DNA from: a virus
Reading direction: 5' to 3' (one strand)
IMG/VR virus record: IMGVR_UViG_3300025913_000025
Coordinates: 43,420-107,419 of that record
Length of the DNA: 64,000 bases
Position numbers and translations under genes: made by a program. The first letter of the stretch is position 1. Each line of letters opens with the position of its first letter. Below are positions 54,448-63,000 of the stretch, piece by piece. The notes under the pieces were generated by a model. That model saw only the letters and a list, made by a program, of their open reading frames with translations. It was not told the DNA's origin and ran no database searches.

Positions 54448-55227
54448 TCAGGGTAACGGGAATAGCTCGTCTTTCGATGCCGCGAGATACTTGATCTCAT
54501 CGTGCGCCAGAAAGGCGTTAAGCGCCATCTCGGTTTTGGCGTAGAACTCGAGATTCAACGGTTTGGGCGATCTCTTGCCTCTCCTCCTGATCACGAGGTT
54601 ACGGAGCAAGACGGCGCCAGCGTCTCCAGGGCCAGTCATGATTCCAGAGGCGAGCACGCGAAGAAATTCGGCCAAACGTTTGTGGTTCGTCGTGTAATAG
54701 GCTCGAGCGACGACGGCCCGGATCGCGGCGTGCCGAAACATTCCGGCGTCTCCAGGGAACTTTTCCGCGAACCGGATTGCGTCAATGTGCTTCTCGACGA
54801 ATGCGATCAGTTGACCGCGTGTCGGGTCGGTCATGCTTCCATCGAGTCCGTACATCATTCGCCGGCCGATAGCCACCTCTAGGGATGATGTCTCGAGACC
54901 GCCGATCGTCAACGCGTCCGAGATCGATCGGGCGCGCCCAGAGTCGATCACCTCCATAGCTCGGACAGGAAGCCCCCGCGTCACGTTCGATTCGATTGTG
55001 CATTGGGACTCGATGACTGCCAGAAGACGATGCTGGCCATCGCAGAGCTCGCCTTGCGTATCGAACTGAATCCCCTGGCCGGTCAAAAGCCACTCCCCCG
55101 CCTTCATGGCGCGTGCAAGGAGGGCCACGTAACCGCGCCGTATCGGCCGGTTCCGACCATTGAGAAGCAGGTAGCTCGCGGCTTTCCGGGGAGTAATTTT
55201 CTCCACTCGCGTAACGATCTTCGCCAT
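54448..55227 (-). CDS. ParB/Srx-like N-terminal domain protein
   Basis: NRPI...YARAM..GEW-type segment, DGQHRLLAV, IDSGRARS. Confidence 0.75.
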   Translation of the reverse strand: MAKIVTRVEKITPRKAASYLLLNGRNRPIRRGYVALLARAMKAGEWLLTGQGIQFDTQGELCDGQHRLLAVIESQCTIESNVTRGLPVRAMEVIDSGRARSISDALTIGGLETSSLEVAIGRRMMYGLDGSMTDPTRGQLIAFVEKHIDAIRFAEKFPGDAGMFRHAAIRAVVARAYYTTNHKRLAEFLRVLASGIMTGPGDAGAVLLRNLVIRRRGKRSPKPLNLEFYAKTEMALNAFLAHDEIKYLAASKDELFPLP

Positions 55228-55266
55228 GAAAACATCCTCGCAGAAGAAAGAAAGGGGTCAGTCTGA

Positions 55267-55680
55267 TCAGAACTTCGTGCGGGTCTTCTCGAACCGCTTC
55301 AGCGACAAAACGACCGCCGTAAAGATCACCTCGGGATAGTGAACCGGGATCACTCCTGACTCGCCAAACCCCATGATAGACACGGGGACCGGCTCAGGTT
55401 CGACGCGAACCCCGGATTTTGCGATCTCTTCAGGTCGATGGTCGAGCATCCAGCGTGCGCCGGGCTCGCAGTTGTAATACAGGCCCTCGACGGCTCCAGA
55501 TCGATCGGACGTCTTGAACCGGAAGTCAACCCACTCCCGGTCATTCAGCCGCGCCCGGAGGATCCAATCGCCGTCAAAGAGAACTTCAGGGTTGAGCTCG
55601 CGATGGTACGCGGAAATCAGCAGAGTTTTTGCATCTTGGAGCGCCGCCTGAATCGGCACCGAGTAGACGAACGTTGACAT
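55267..55680 (-). CDS. Hypothetical protein
   Basis: GAGG RBS. Confidence 0.6.
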   Translation of the reverse strand: MSTFVYSVPIQAALQDAKTLLISAYHRELNPEVLFDGDWILRARLNDREWVDFRFKTSDRSGAVEGLYYNCEPGARWMLDHRPEEIAKSGVRVEPEPVPVSIMGFGESGVIPVHYPEVIFTAVVLSLKRFEKTRTKF

Positions 55681-55718
55681 AGAAACCTCACGGAAGGAAG
55701 TAAGCGAACATCTACAGG

Positions 55719-56123
55719 CTATCCGATCTTAGCCCCGCTTGCCTGCAAATAACTTACCGATGACTCGATAATCGCGGCGACAATCCAGCCGACGGTGAGC
55801 GCCGGAATGGTCGAAATGGCCATCGGCAGATTTTCGACGACGTCAAAATCCTTCGTGCGCCGGACCGCCGAAAGGCTCCAGGGTCCTTGCGCACGGTCGG
55901 CGCCCTCCACTCGAAAGACTAGGTCGCCCAGGTCGGGGAGTTGAAGGGCAACCGTCACGTCGCGACCATCCACGGCCACAAATGACGCCAGGATACCGAG
56001 GGGGAGCTTGTAGAGGATTCCGCCCGCCTGGACGCAGAGCAGGCGCACGGCCCGCGTGCGCTCCACCTCAGGGGTGTCTGTTCGCGTGGGAAAGTTTGGC
56101 TTGAGGGAACGCACGGCAATCAA
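55719..56123 (-). CDS. Hypothetical protein
   Basis: Fills the gap in the - strand array; start uncertain. Confidence 0.5.
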   Translation of the reverse strand: MIAVRSLKPNFPTRTDTPEVERTRAVRLLCVQAGGILYKLPLGILASFVAVDGRDVTVALQLPDLGDLVFRVEGADRAQGPWSLSAVRRTKDFDVVENLPMAISTIPALTVGWIVAAIIESSVSYLQASGAKIG

Positions 56124-56160
56124 CTCCTCGCGGTGTTCTAGCGCGGCTGGTTAAACGACG

Positions 56161-56472
56161 CTACCTCGCGTGCCACCCACTCGGCGCGTATCGGTTGGGC
56201 GCGTACCAGGTCCCGGGAGAGCCCGGAGCCAAAGAGTCCGCACGACTGATCGCCCGAGCGAAAGCCGGGTCCTCACGCCATTCGGCGCGGATCAGGTCTG
56301 CTGCCTTGCGCATGGCATTGCCCGTATCCCAACTTTGCCAGCCACAGGTGCGCCCACACCACTCGACAAAGCGCATCGCCTCCATCATCCCGACTAGGCC
56401 GTCGCGCGATTGCTGCTTGCGGTACAGCGAATCCCAAGCGTCGTGAAGAATCGCAAACAGTGGATATGTCAT
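56161..56472 (-). CDS. Hypothetical protein
   Basis: GAGG RBS before ATG 56472. Confidence 0.55.
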   Translation of the reverse strand: MTYPLFAILHDAWDSLYRKQQSRDGLVGMMEAMRFVEWCGRTCGWQSWDTGNAMRKAADLIRAEWREDPAFARAISRADSLAPGSPGTWYAPNRYAPSGWHAR

Positions 56473-56563
56473 CGACAAGCCCTCAGTATCGTCGCTATCG
56501 TTCCGCCCCGAACGTATCGGGGGCAATGGGGCCACGGCTGGAACCGTGGAACAAACCTCTTCC

Positions 56564-56839
56564 TCACCATGCAAGGATGATTGCCGATTTCTCGCCGCTC
56601 CCCACTCGAAGAATCGGGAGCGAGCACGGAAGCGAGACAACGAGTCCCGTTCCTGCGAACTCGAATTGCTGGCCCGGTCCTTCGGCGGAGCTCCGCTCCT
56701 TCAACCGCTCGAGGTCAACCCTCACGAGCTGTTCCCCGCCTGCGGTCACAAGCGCGATCGAGTGACGGAAGACGAGCACTTGATGGGCTGGCGGCGAGAT
56801 TCGGCTTGTGTTCAAGGTAAAAGGGCCCTCCGTGGCCAT
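56564..56839 (-). CDS. Hypothetical protein
   Basis: GGAGG RBS. Confidence 0.55.
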   Translation of the reverse strand: MATEGPFTLNTSRISPPAHQVLVFRHSIALVTAGGEQLVRVDLERLKERSSAEGPGQQFEFAGTGLVVSLPCSLPILRVGSGEKSAIILAW

Positions 56840-56847
56840 CCCTCCCT

Positions 56848-57831
56848 TCAGGACTGAATCGCGAGATCAGCGACGTAGGCGGCGCCGGCCTTAACCGCAG
56901 CCTTCCCCGTTGAGCATTCGTGCAGAACCACGCGCTCCGGAGAGACCGAGACGACGTATCCGTACCACCTCGAGGCGCTCTTCTTGCCCGATCCGGTGTA
57001 GTAATCCGCTCCGAACTCGATGGCTTCGCCAACGAGCAGAGTCGGCAGAACGTAGAAATAGTCGCCCTTCGCCTTTGCGGCGAACGATCGCGCCAGGCCG
57101 CCAGGTGAACCCGGGTCGACGGTAATCGTCGCAAACCAGTTCCGGCCGCGCTTGTGAGTCTGCCAGAGTCCGTCCGGAACTTCGGTCAACGCGCCCGCGT
57201 CAACGTCGAAATCGATGTCGCCTGGACGCAGGCCCAGAGCGGCGCGGCGCTCGGCCTCAGACTTCTCGGCCGCTTCCTTGGCGCGCTTCGCGGCTTCGAC
57301 CTTCGCAGCGAATCGGGCGGTGGCTTCTTCCTTGGCTTTCTCGTTCGCCGCTTCGAGCTCGGCCGCCCAGGCTTTCGCCTCCGGGCTGTTCTGCACTTCG
57401 GGATCGCAACAGTAGAACCATGCTGGCTCGTTGGTCTCGTAATTCTCACCTTCCCCAAGGTAAAACACACCGCGGCGGGTCGCGCGCTTCTCGAGCACCT
57501 CGAGCGTTCGCTGTCGGTTCTGTTCACGCTCCGCGGCTTTCTTCGCGAGCTTCTCCGCGGCGTAGGCGTCGATCGCGCCGAGCAGCGTTTCGACCGACGG
57601 CACGTCATCGTACTTGGGAGGTCCGGCGAAGTCGTGATCGAACGTGCTGGCGATGGTCAGGTCCAAGAGCGCGTTGCCGTTCGCGTCGATCGACGCCAGA
57701 GAAACGAGCTTTGGATAGTTCGGATCGGTGGGTTGCAGTTTGACCACCTGGACGGCTTCGCCAGACTGACCGGCGAGAATCGCGGCCTTCTGGCCAGCCT
57801 GAGACAGTCGGTACTTGATGGATGCGGACAT
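56848..57831 (-). CDS. Hypothetical protein
   Basis: AGGAG RBS; C-terminal RGRNWFATI...AIEFGADY domain. Confidence 0.7.
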   Translation of the reverse strand: MSASIKYRLSQAGQKAAILAGQSGEAVQVVKLQPTDPNYPKLVSLASIDANGNALLDLTIASTFDHDFAGPPKYDDVPSVETLLGAIDAYAAEKLAKKAAEREQNRQRTLEVLEKRATRRGVFYLGEGENYETNEPAWFYCCDPEVQNSPEAKAWAAELEAANEKAKEEATARFAAKVEAAKRAKEAAEKSEAERRAALGLRPGDIDFDVDAGALTEVPDGLWQTHKRGRNWFATITVDPGSPGGLARSFAAKAKGDYFYVLPTLLVGEAIEFGADYYTGSGKKSASRWYGYVVSVSPERVVLHECSTGKAAVKAGAAYVADLAIQS

Positions 57832-58009
57832 TGGGAAAGCTCCTAGCGCGATTGGCCGCGCTGTGCCTGGCCCCATTTGGGACCGTGAAACGAGCCGCCT
57901 GGCTCGATACCTCGCGCCGGTTTGGTGTCCGGGTTCTCCACGCGAGGGTTAAGGTTGTCTCTTCGATCTCACACCACAACTACGGCGATCGCAGACGTGT
58001 GTGACAGGT

Positions 58010-58141
58010 TTAACGCGGGAATAGTTGGTGAATCAGGATCGTGGTCAGGTCGCGGACCAACGAATGTAACACCGCCGCAATACCGACGATCAGCCAGAAC
58101 ATGCGCTTGCGATCGTCTGGCGGGAGGCTCCAGAAGTTCAT
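58010..58141 (-). CDS. Small membrane protein (43 aa, not in the ORF track)
   Basis: GGAGG RBS, ATGA overlap, MFWLIVGIAAVLHSLV. Confidence 0.5.
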   Translation of the reverse strand: MNFWSLPPDDRKRMFWLIVGIAAVLHSLVRDLTTILIHQLFPR

Positions 58142-60291
58142 GCGTCCTCCCGGGTTCTGTTCTCGATGACGACGAGCGCGGAGTTGACCGAGGTTCCAGA
58201 CGCCTCAAAGCTCCCCGGGGGTAGCTCGATGTACTCTCTCGCGATCGCGCGGAGAGTCGCGGATTGCCGCGGGCCGTTGGCGCAGATCGCAACGAGCCGG
58301 CCGCCCGGCGCAAGAAACGTTGCGGCGTGCTGGATATGCTTGATGTCGGCCGCTCCGCCAAAAGGCGGGTTCATGACGATCCTGTCAAACCGACCAAAAG
58401 CCTCGGTCGTGAGCGCCAGAAAGTCGGCGCAGGTCACGGACACACGGTTGCCGAACGAATCGCAGAGTAGCTCCGCGAGTTGATGGTTGATCTCCACAGC
58501 AGAGAGATAACCCCACGGGATCTCGCGGAGGATCGCGCCGGTTCCAGCGCTCGGCTCGAGCACGCGATGGCGGGGCTCGATGTCGGCGAGCTTGACGACC
58601 CGCCTGGCGAGCCCTTCGGGAGTCGGGAAGAGTTGCGGCGCGGAAACGACCTTGACGCCGGCCTTGAGGCTATCGGCCAGTTGTGCGAACGGGTTCTCTT
58701 CCTCGGCCTTCACCTCGGCGCGGAACGCAATGCTCCGCGCGGCCTGGCGTTCCAGGCTGGGAAGGTCGCGAGTCACGGGCGCGATGGCTGGTTTCTCTCT
58801 CTGGTCGGGTGGCGGGGGATCTTTCCGCTTCTGGTCGATCAAGTAAACCGGTTCCGGGTTTTCACCTCGCCAGAGCGCGCGGACTCGATGACGGCCGAAC
58901 TCCTCGGTACCCTTGATTTCCCGCGTCGTCTTATGGTCCTTCCAGGTGCGATCCCATTCCGCTTTGGTCAGCTCGACGACCCGCACAACTCGTGATACCG
59001 GGTTGACGGTGTGAGGAAGGACCGTAAGAACGGCCTCCGGATAGTTGCAGAGCGGCGCGAGCTTGGTTGCTGCCTTGACGGCTGCCACGTCCTCCGGCGC
59101 GGGCGGTTGATGCTCCTTGATTCGCTCGATGGGGACCACTCGCGGATAACTCTTGTTGTTCGTAGAAACCGAGTTGATCGCCCCACCGGACTTGTTTAAT
59201 TTCGTGATGGTGAGCCAGAGTCCCGAAGCGAGGATCTTGCCGCCAACGGCCAGGTCAAAGCCCTCGGCCTTCAGTCCTCCGGATTCCTCCAACATCGCGC
59301 GTTCGTAGGCGATCCGGTTGTCGTAATGGTCGATCCACTGCCGCCGGCGCGTGTAGGGTGGCGAATACGCAGCGACAGCGTAGGTAACAACCTCCTCGAG
59401 CGTGCGCGGCGCGTAGAGATTCGGATAATCATTGGTCAACGCACAATACGCGGTCGGGCTGCCGTCGAAATCCGGTTTGTCGCCCTCCTTGCGCGGGAGG
59501 TTCAACCAACATGCGTTGGCGGCTGCGAGCGCCATTTCGCGCTGTTTGGCCGGGTCTTGTTCGTTCGCAACGGCCGTCCAGAGCCGAAGGTTTCTCTCAG
59601 ACTCCGCGATGCTGCGCTCAACCTTCCTCTTGTCGGCTTCGATCCCTTTGATTCGCCGATGGCGGACGCCCGGGAGCTCCTTGTACTTCGCGTGGCTGAG
59701 CGCGCCGGCCGCGCGATCGGTCCAATACTTCGACGTCTTCCACAGGTCGACGGCCCGGCGCATGCCGTTCTGGATCCGCTCCGCGTCCTTCCGGGCGCGC
59801 CGCTCGGAATGGTGGCCAACAAGAATCGGTTGCCCGAAGGGAATATGATCCGCGATCGCATCGACCGCGCGCCGAGCGGATTCGGCCTCTTGCAGTCGGC
59901 GCCCGGAATAGTCCTCAAACCGCTCGGAGCGCTCCTCGGCTCGTTCGACAAGCGTTGTGTCTTCGTCCCCGATCTCACCGACGAGTTCCAAGAGCAGATC
60001 GTTCCGCTCCGGGGACCAGGCGGGCGCGACGAACAATTCTTGCTTCGGCGCCCAGCAGAACCCCGCAGCCTTCACCCGAGCGTAGAGGTCTGGGCTGAGT
60101 CTCGAGAGCGGATAGAGCCGCAGTTTGTTATCGGCGGGGTCGTAGGTCGCGGTCGCGCCCGCGAGGACCGGCCGGACGTCTTCGGAGTCCTCGGTTGCCG
60201 AGTCTTCCATGTCGAGCTCTTGCGGTTCGGTATTGTCGGTCGCGAGGTCAGTCATCATTTCGTCCTCGGGCGGTAGTGCTTCGGTTTGCAT
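58138..60291 (-). CDS. DUF3560-domain protein fused to an amino (N6-adenine-type) methyltransferase
   Basis: IPFGQPILVGHHSERRARKD; QLFPTP, VLEPSAGTG, IVMNPPF. Confidence 0.9.
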   Translation of the reverse strand: MQTEALPPEDEMMTDLATDNTEPQELDMEDSATEDSEDVRPVLAGATATYDPADNKLRLYPLSRLSPDLYARVKAAGFCWAPKQELFVAPAWSPERNDLLLELVGEIGDEDTTLVERAEERSERFEDYSGRRLQEAESARRAVDAIADHIPFGQPILVGHHSERRARKDAERIQNGMRRAVDLWKTSKYWTDRAAGALSHAKYKELPGVRHRRIKGIEADKRKVERSIAESERNLRLWTAVANEQDPAKQREMALAAANACWLNLPRKEGDKPDFDGSPTAYCALTNDYPNLYAPRTLEEVVTYAVAAYSPPYTRRRQWIDHYDNRIAYERAMLEESGGLKAEGFDLAVGGKILASGLWLTITKLNKSGGAINSVSTNNKSYPRVVPIERIKEHQPPAPEDVAAVKAATKLAPLCNYPEAVLTVLPHTVNPVSRVVRVVELTKAEWDRTWKDHKTTREIKGTEEFGRHRVRALWRGENPEPVYLIDQKRKDPPPPDQREKPAIAPVTRDLPSLERQAARSIAFRAEVKAEEENPFAQLADSLKAGVKVVSAPQLFPTPEGLARRVVKLADIEPRHRVLEPSAGTGAILREIPWGYLSAVEINHQLAELLCDSFGNRVSVTCADFLALTTEAFGRFDRIVMNPPFGGAADIKHIQHAATFLAPGGRLVAICANGPRQSATLRAIAREYIELPPGSFEASGTSVNSALVVIENRTREDA

Positions 60292-60364
60292 GGGTTGGAG
60301 TCCTGGAACTGGAGGTCAAGGCTAGGTGAAGCCCAGCGCCTTCCGGATGGCGCGGAGAACGGAG

Positions 60365-60595
60365 TCAAGATGGGCGCTCTTCAAGCAAGCAATATGCGTA
60401 ATGCAAACAAAGCTTGCTGCCGAATAGGCCCACGAGACGATTCCCGATTCTGTACCATTTATTCGACGCATCGCCGGAAAGCGCGATTCTCAATTGTCGG
60501 TCTTGCCAAACTGGATCGGTACAGTCGGACCGTGCGGCAATGTACTGTCCGGCGTAATGGTTGATTTCTGGCGTCAATTCAGCGACCGGGAACAT
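60365..60595 (-). CDS. Hypothetical protein
   Basis: AAGGAG RBS. Confidence 0.5.
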   Translation of the reverse strand: MFPVAELTPEINHYAGQYIAARSDCTDPVWQDRQLRIALSGDASNKWYRIGNRLVGLFGSKLCLHYAYCLLEERPS

Positions 60596-60661
60596 AGACG
60601 ATTCTCCTTGCAGGTCAGAACGGGCGCCCCTCCGAAGGGCGCCCCAAGGCACGTGGATAAC

Positions 60662-61414
60662 TCAGACGGCAACCGCAGCGGGTTCCACCTCGCTCGGCTC
60701 GTCAACAGCGGGAGTCGTGTTGTAACGCCAACTGCGCAGGCATCGCGCGGCTTGCTCGGTGGCTCGATGGGCTTTCACTAGGTTTGCGACACACGGAAAA
60801 ATCGAACAGACGTGGCCCTTATCGAGCCCAAAAAACACGTCCGCGGGTTTACCCCATCCGCCGCAGTCGTGAAGGATGATGTCATGAATCTGCCGATACC
60901 TGGACCATGCGCCGATCGTCCCCTCTGCCAAGCCCTCTTCCTCGGTGAACAGGTAGAACACGCTTTCGGCGGTTCCCTTGGTACCCGATGGAATCTCCCT
61001 CCACCGCTTGTCATGGCGCCGGGAGTCCGCCGCGCTCACCTTGTTCTCGCGCAGCGCGTACCAACGCGGTTTATCCGGATCGTGTTTCAGCGTGGCCAGG
61101 AACCGAACCCGCTTGGCGTCGACGTCGCGCGGCCAGTGCTGCGCAAGCCAGTCAATCGCTTCGGCGTGGCGATAGGCGTTGGGATCCTCAAGGTAGGTCG
61201 CAAGACTCGCGAGATAGTCTTCAAAGCATGCTTTCGGCGCGACGGATTCGGGCCCGTGCTGGGTCAAGCCGTCGCCGAACGTGGCGAAGATACCGGCCCA
61301 TGGCGCGAGTCCGTTGAGACGATGGAATTCGTCGCGAAGTTCGTAGGTGCTTTCGTGGATTGTGTAGGCGGACTTCGGGTCTTTGAGACTCGGAAAGGTG
61401 ATGCGTCCAGCCAT
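60662..61414 (-). CDS. Hypothetical protein
   Basis: CAGGAG RBS within the repeated leader. Confidence 0.65.
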   Translation of the reverse strand: MAGRITFPSLKDPKSAYTIHESTYELRDEFHRLNGLAPWAGIFATFGDGLTQHGPESVAPKACFEDYLASLATYLEDPNAYRHAEAIDWLAQHWPRDVDAKRVRFLATLKHDPDKPRWYALRENKVSAADSRRHDKRWREIPSGTKGTAESVFYLFTEEEGLAEGTIGAWSRYRQIHDIILHDCGGWGKPADVFFGLDKGHVCSIFPCVANLVKAHRATEQAARCLRSWRYNTTPAVDEPSEVEPAAVAV

Positions 61415-61421
61415 CGGTGGA

Positions 61422-61460
61422 ACTCCTGGAAAGGTTGCGGTTTGGAGTCAAGCAACGCAA
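61422..61460 (-). repeat. Repeated 39-bp gene leader, copy 1
   Basis: 34/39 identical to 62135-62173. Confidence 0.85.
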
Positions 61461-61473
61461 TGCAAGTCGAGGA

Positions 61474-62130
61474 TCATAAATCCCCGCGTGCTGGTCCGGC
61501 TTCGATCGGTCCCCGTCTGGGATTCCAGTCAAATCCGTTCGTGAGATAGAGCTTCTTCTTCGCGGTCTCGAACGGTTTAAGCCATTTGAGAAGCTTCGGG
61601 CAGGTGCTCAGATCGACCGGATCGGCAGTAAAGTGTGATTCGGGATGTCCGGATGCTCGGGCCCCTCCGCCAACGATAAACATGAAATGATAGAACTCGT
61701 ACCCTGGCAGATTGAGATAGACACGAAACCGATCGCCTCGAGAGTTCGCAGGTGCGACTGAGATTGTGTTCGGATACTTGAACTGAACGGCCGTTGATTG
61801 GCGGCCGAGCTCAGTTTGCGCGGTCGCAATCGCTTCGCTCAGTAGGTTGAAATGTCCGACAACTTCGGGCACCAAAGGCAGATCGAGCGAGTGACTTGAC
61901 CATCCGAGACGCGCAATCGATTCTGCCCGGCAAGCCATTGCTTCCGGACCGTAATCAGCATGCACATACTCCTCAACCGGGAACCGAACGAGCGTGGCAC
62001 GGACGCGATGAACGGGCGGGACCTTATGATCGCCTAGCCGCCAATGAATCACATCGCGCGAGCCGTCTTCGCGGACGATCACGGAGCTCGCCTTGCCGCA
62101 ACCGCCGCATTGAATGTAACCGGGCATCAT
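61474..62130 (-). CDS. Hypothetical protein
   Basis: CAGGAG RBS within the repeated leader. Confidence 0.65.
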   Translation of the reverse strand: MMPGYIQCGGCGKASSVIVREDGSRDVIHWRLGDHKVPPVHRVRATLVRFPVEEYVHADYGPEAMACRAESIARLGWSSHSLDLPLVPEVVGHFNLLSEAIATAQTELGRQSTAVQFKYPNTISVAPANSRGDRFRVYLNLPGYEFYHFMFIVGGGARASGHPESHFTADPVDLSTCPKLLKWLKPFETAKKKLYLTNGFDWNPRRGPIEAGPARGDL

Positions 62131-62134
62131 CCGG

Positions 62135-62173
62135 ACTCCTGGAAAGCGTGAGGTTTGCTGTCAAGCAACGCAA
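62135..62173 (-). repeat. Repeated 39-bp gene leader, copy 2
   Basis: 34/39 identical to 61422-61460; preceded on the - strand by a 10-bp hairpin at 62176-62205. Confidence 0.85.
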
Positions 62174-62212
62174 AGCCGCGCGCCGACGGTCAAGCCGGCG
62201 CGCGGAAGTGGA

Positions 62213-62440
62213 TCAGGCAAGGCGCGAGCGGTCCCGGCAGTAGACCGCGGCTTCATTCTCGAGCACGGTACCGGCCAGCAGAGCCGCGCTTGATTGTGCT
62301 GTGCTTCGGCCGAGCTCGGCCACTCTGAAGACGGCACGGGAAAGCAAGACGGGTTCTAACGCCCCATCCCGCTTGTCCTTTCGCCAGATACAGACGGTCG
62401 GAATCGGCGCGACGCGTTGAACGGAAGAGACTGGGAACAT
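62213..62440 (-). CDS. Hypothetical protein
   Basis: GGAG RBS. Confidence 0.5.
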   Translation of the reverse strand: MFPVSSVQRVAPIPTVCIWRKDKRDGALEPVLLSRAVFRVAELGRSTAQSSAALLAGTVLENEAAVYCRDRSRLA

Positions 62441-62487
62441 GGCACTTAGCTCCGAAGGAAGGAAGAAAAGGAACCCCGATAGCACGC

Positions 62488-62706
62488 TCAGACGTTGCCC
62501 CACCCGAAGTAATCAACCAGCAAATCGCTATCGCTCAGCGCTTGGAGCTCGGCCAGGTGCGCCGCGGCTGTCTCACCCTCCGGGACCGGGACAAGACAGG
62601 TCGACTCGGTCCCGTCGGCCGGATTGTGCAGGGTGTCTACGATCTCGAGCTCATGAAGAGGCACGCCGTTGACGGTCACTTGCCGAACGTGGAAACGTGA
62701 GGACAT
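62488..62706 (-). CDS. Hypothetical protein
   Basis: GGAG RBS. Confidence 0.55.
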   Translation of the reverse strand: MSSRFHVRQVTVNGVPLHELEIVDTLHNPADGTESTCLVPVPEGETAAAHLAELQALSDSDLLVDYFGWGNV

Positions 62707-62753
62707 TGGTAGCTCCCAAGGAAGGACAGGGAAACGAGTTAAGGCGGAGGTCG

Positions 62754-62981
62754 TCAACTCTCGTCGACGTTCGGAATGGTGGCTTCAGACTCGGTCAACG
62801 CGCTGATCTCGAGTGCGATAGCGCGCAGCCGCGCGTGAAATGCCCGGTTCCGCGCGATCGACTCCGCAAGGCTATTGAACGTTCGGCCGGCGCCGGCCCG
62901 GAATTCGGCCTTGAGCGTCTCACGCTCAGCCAGGAGAGCGCAAATCTGATCGTAGGCGTCTTGAGTGACGAAGTGTTGCAT
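62754..62981 (-). CDS. Hypothetical protein
   Basis: GGAG RBS. Confidence 0.55.
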   Translation of the reverse strand: MQHFVTQDAYDQICALLAERETLKAEFRAGAGRTFNSLAESIARNRAFHARLRAIALEISALTESEATIPNVDES

Positions 62982-63000
62982 GTTCTCTCCAGCGTTAGAC

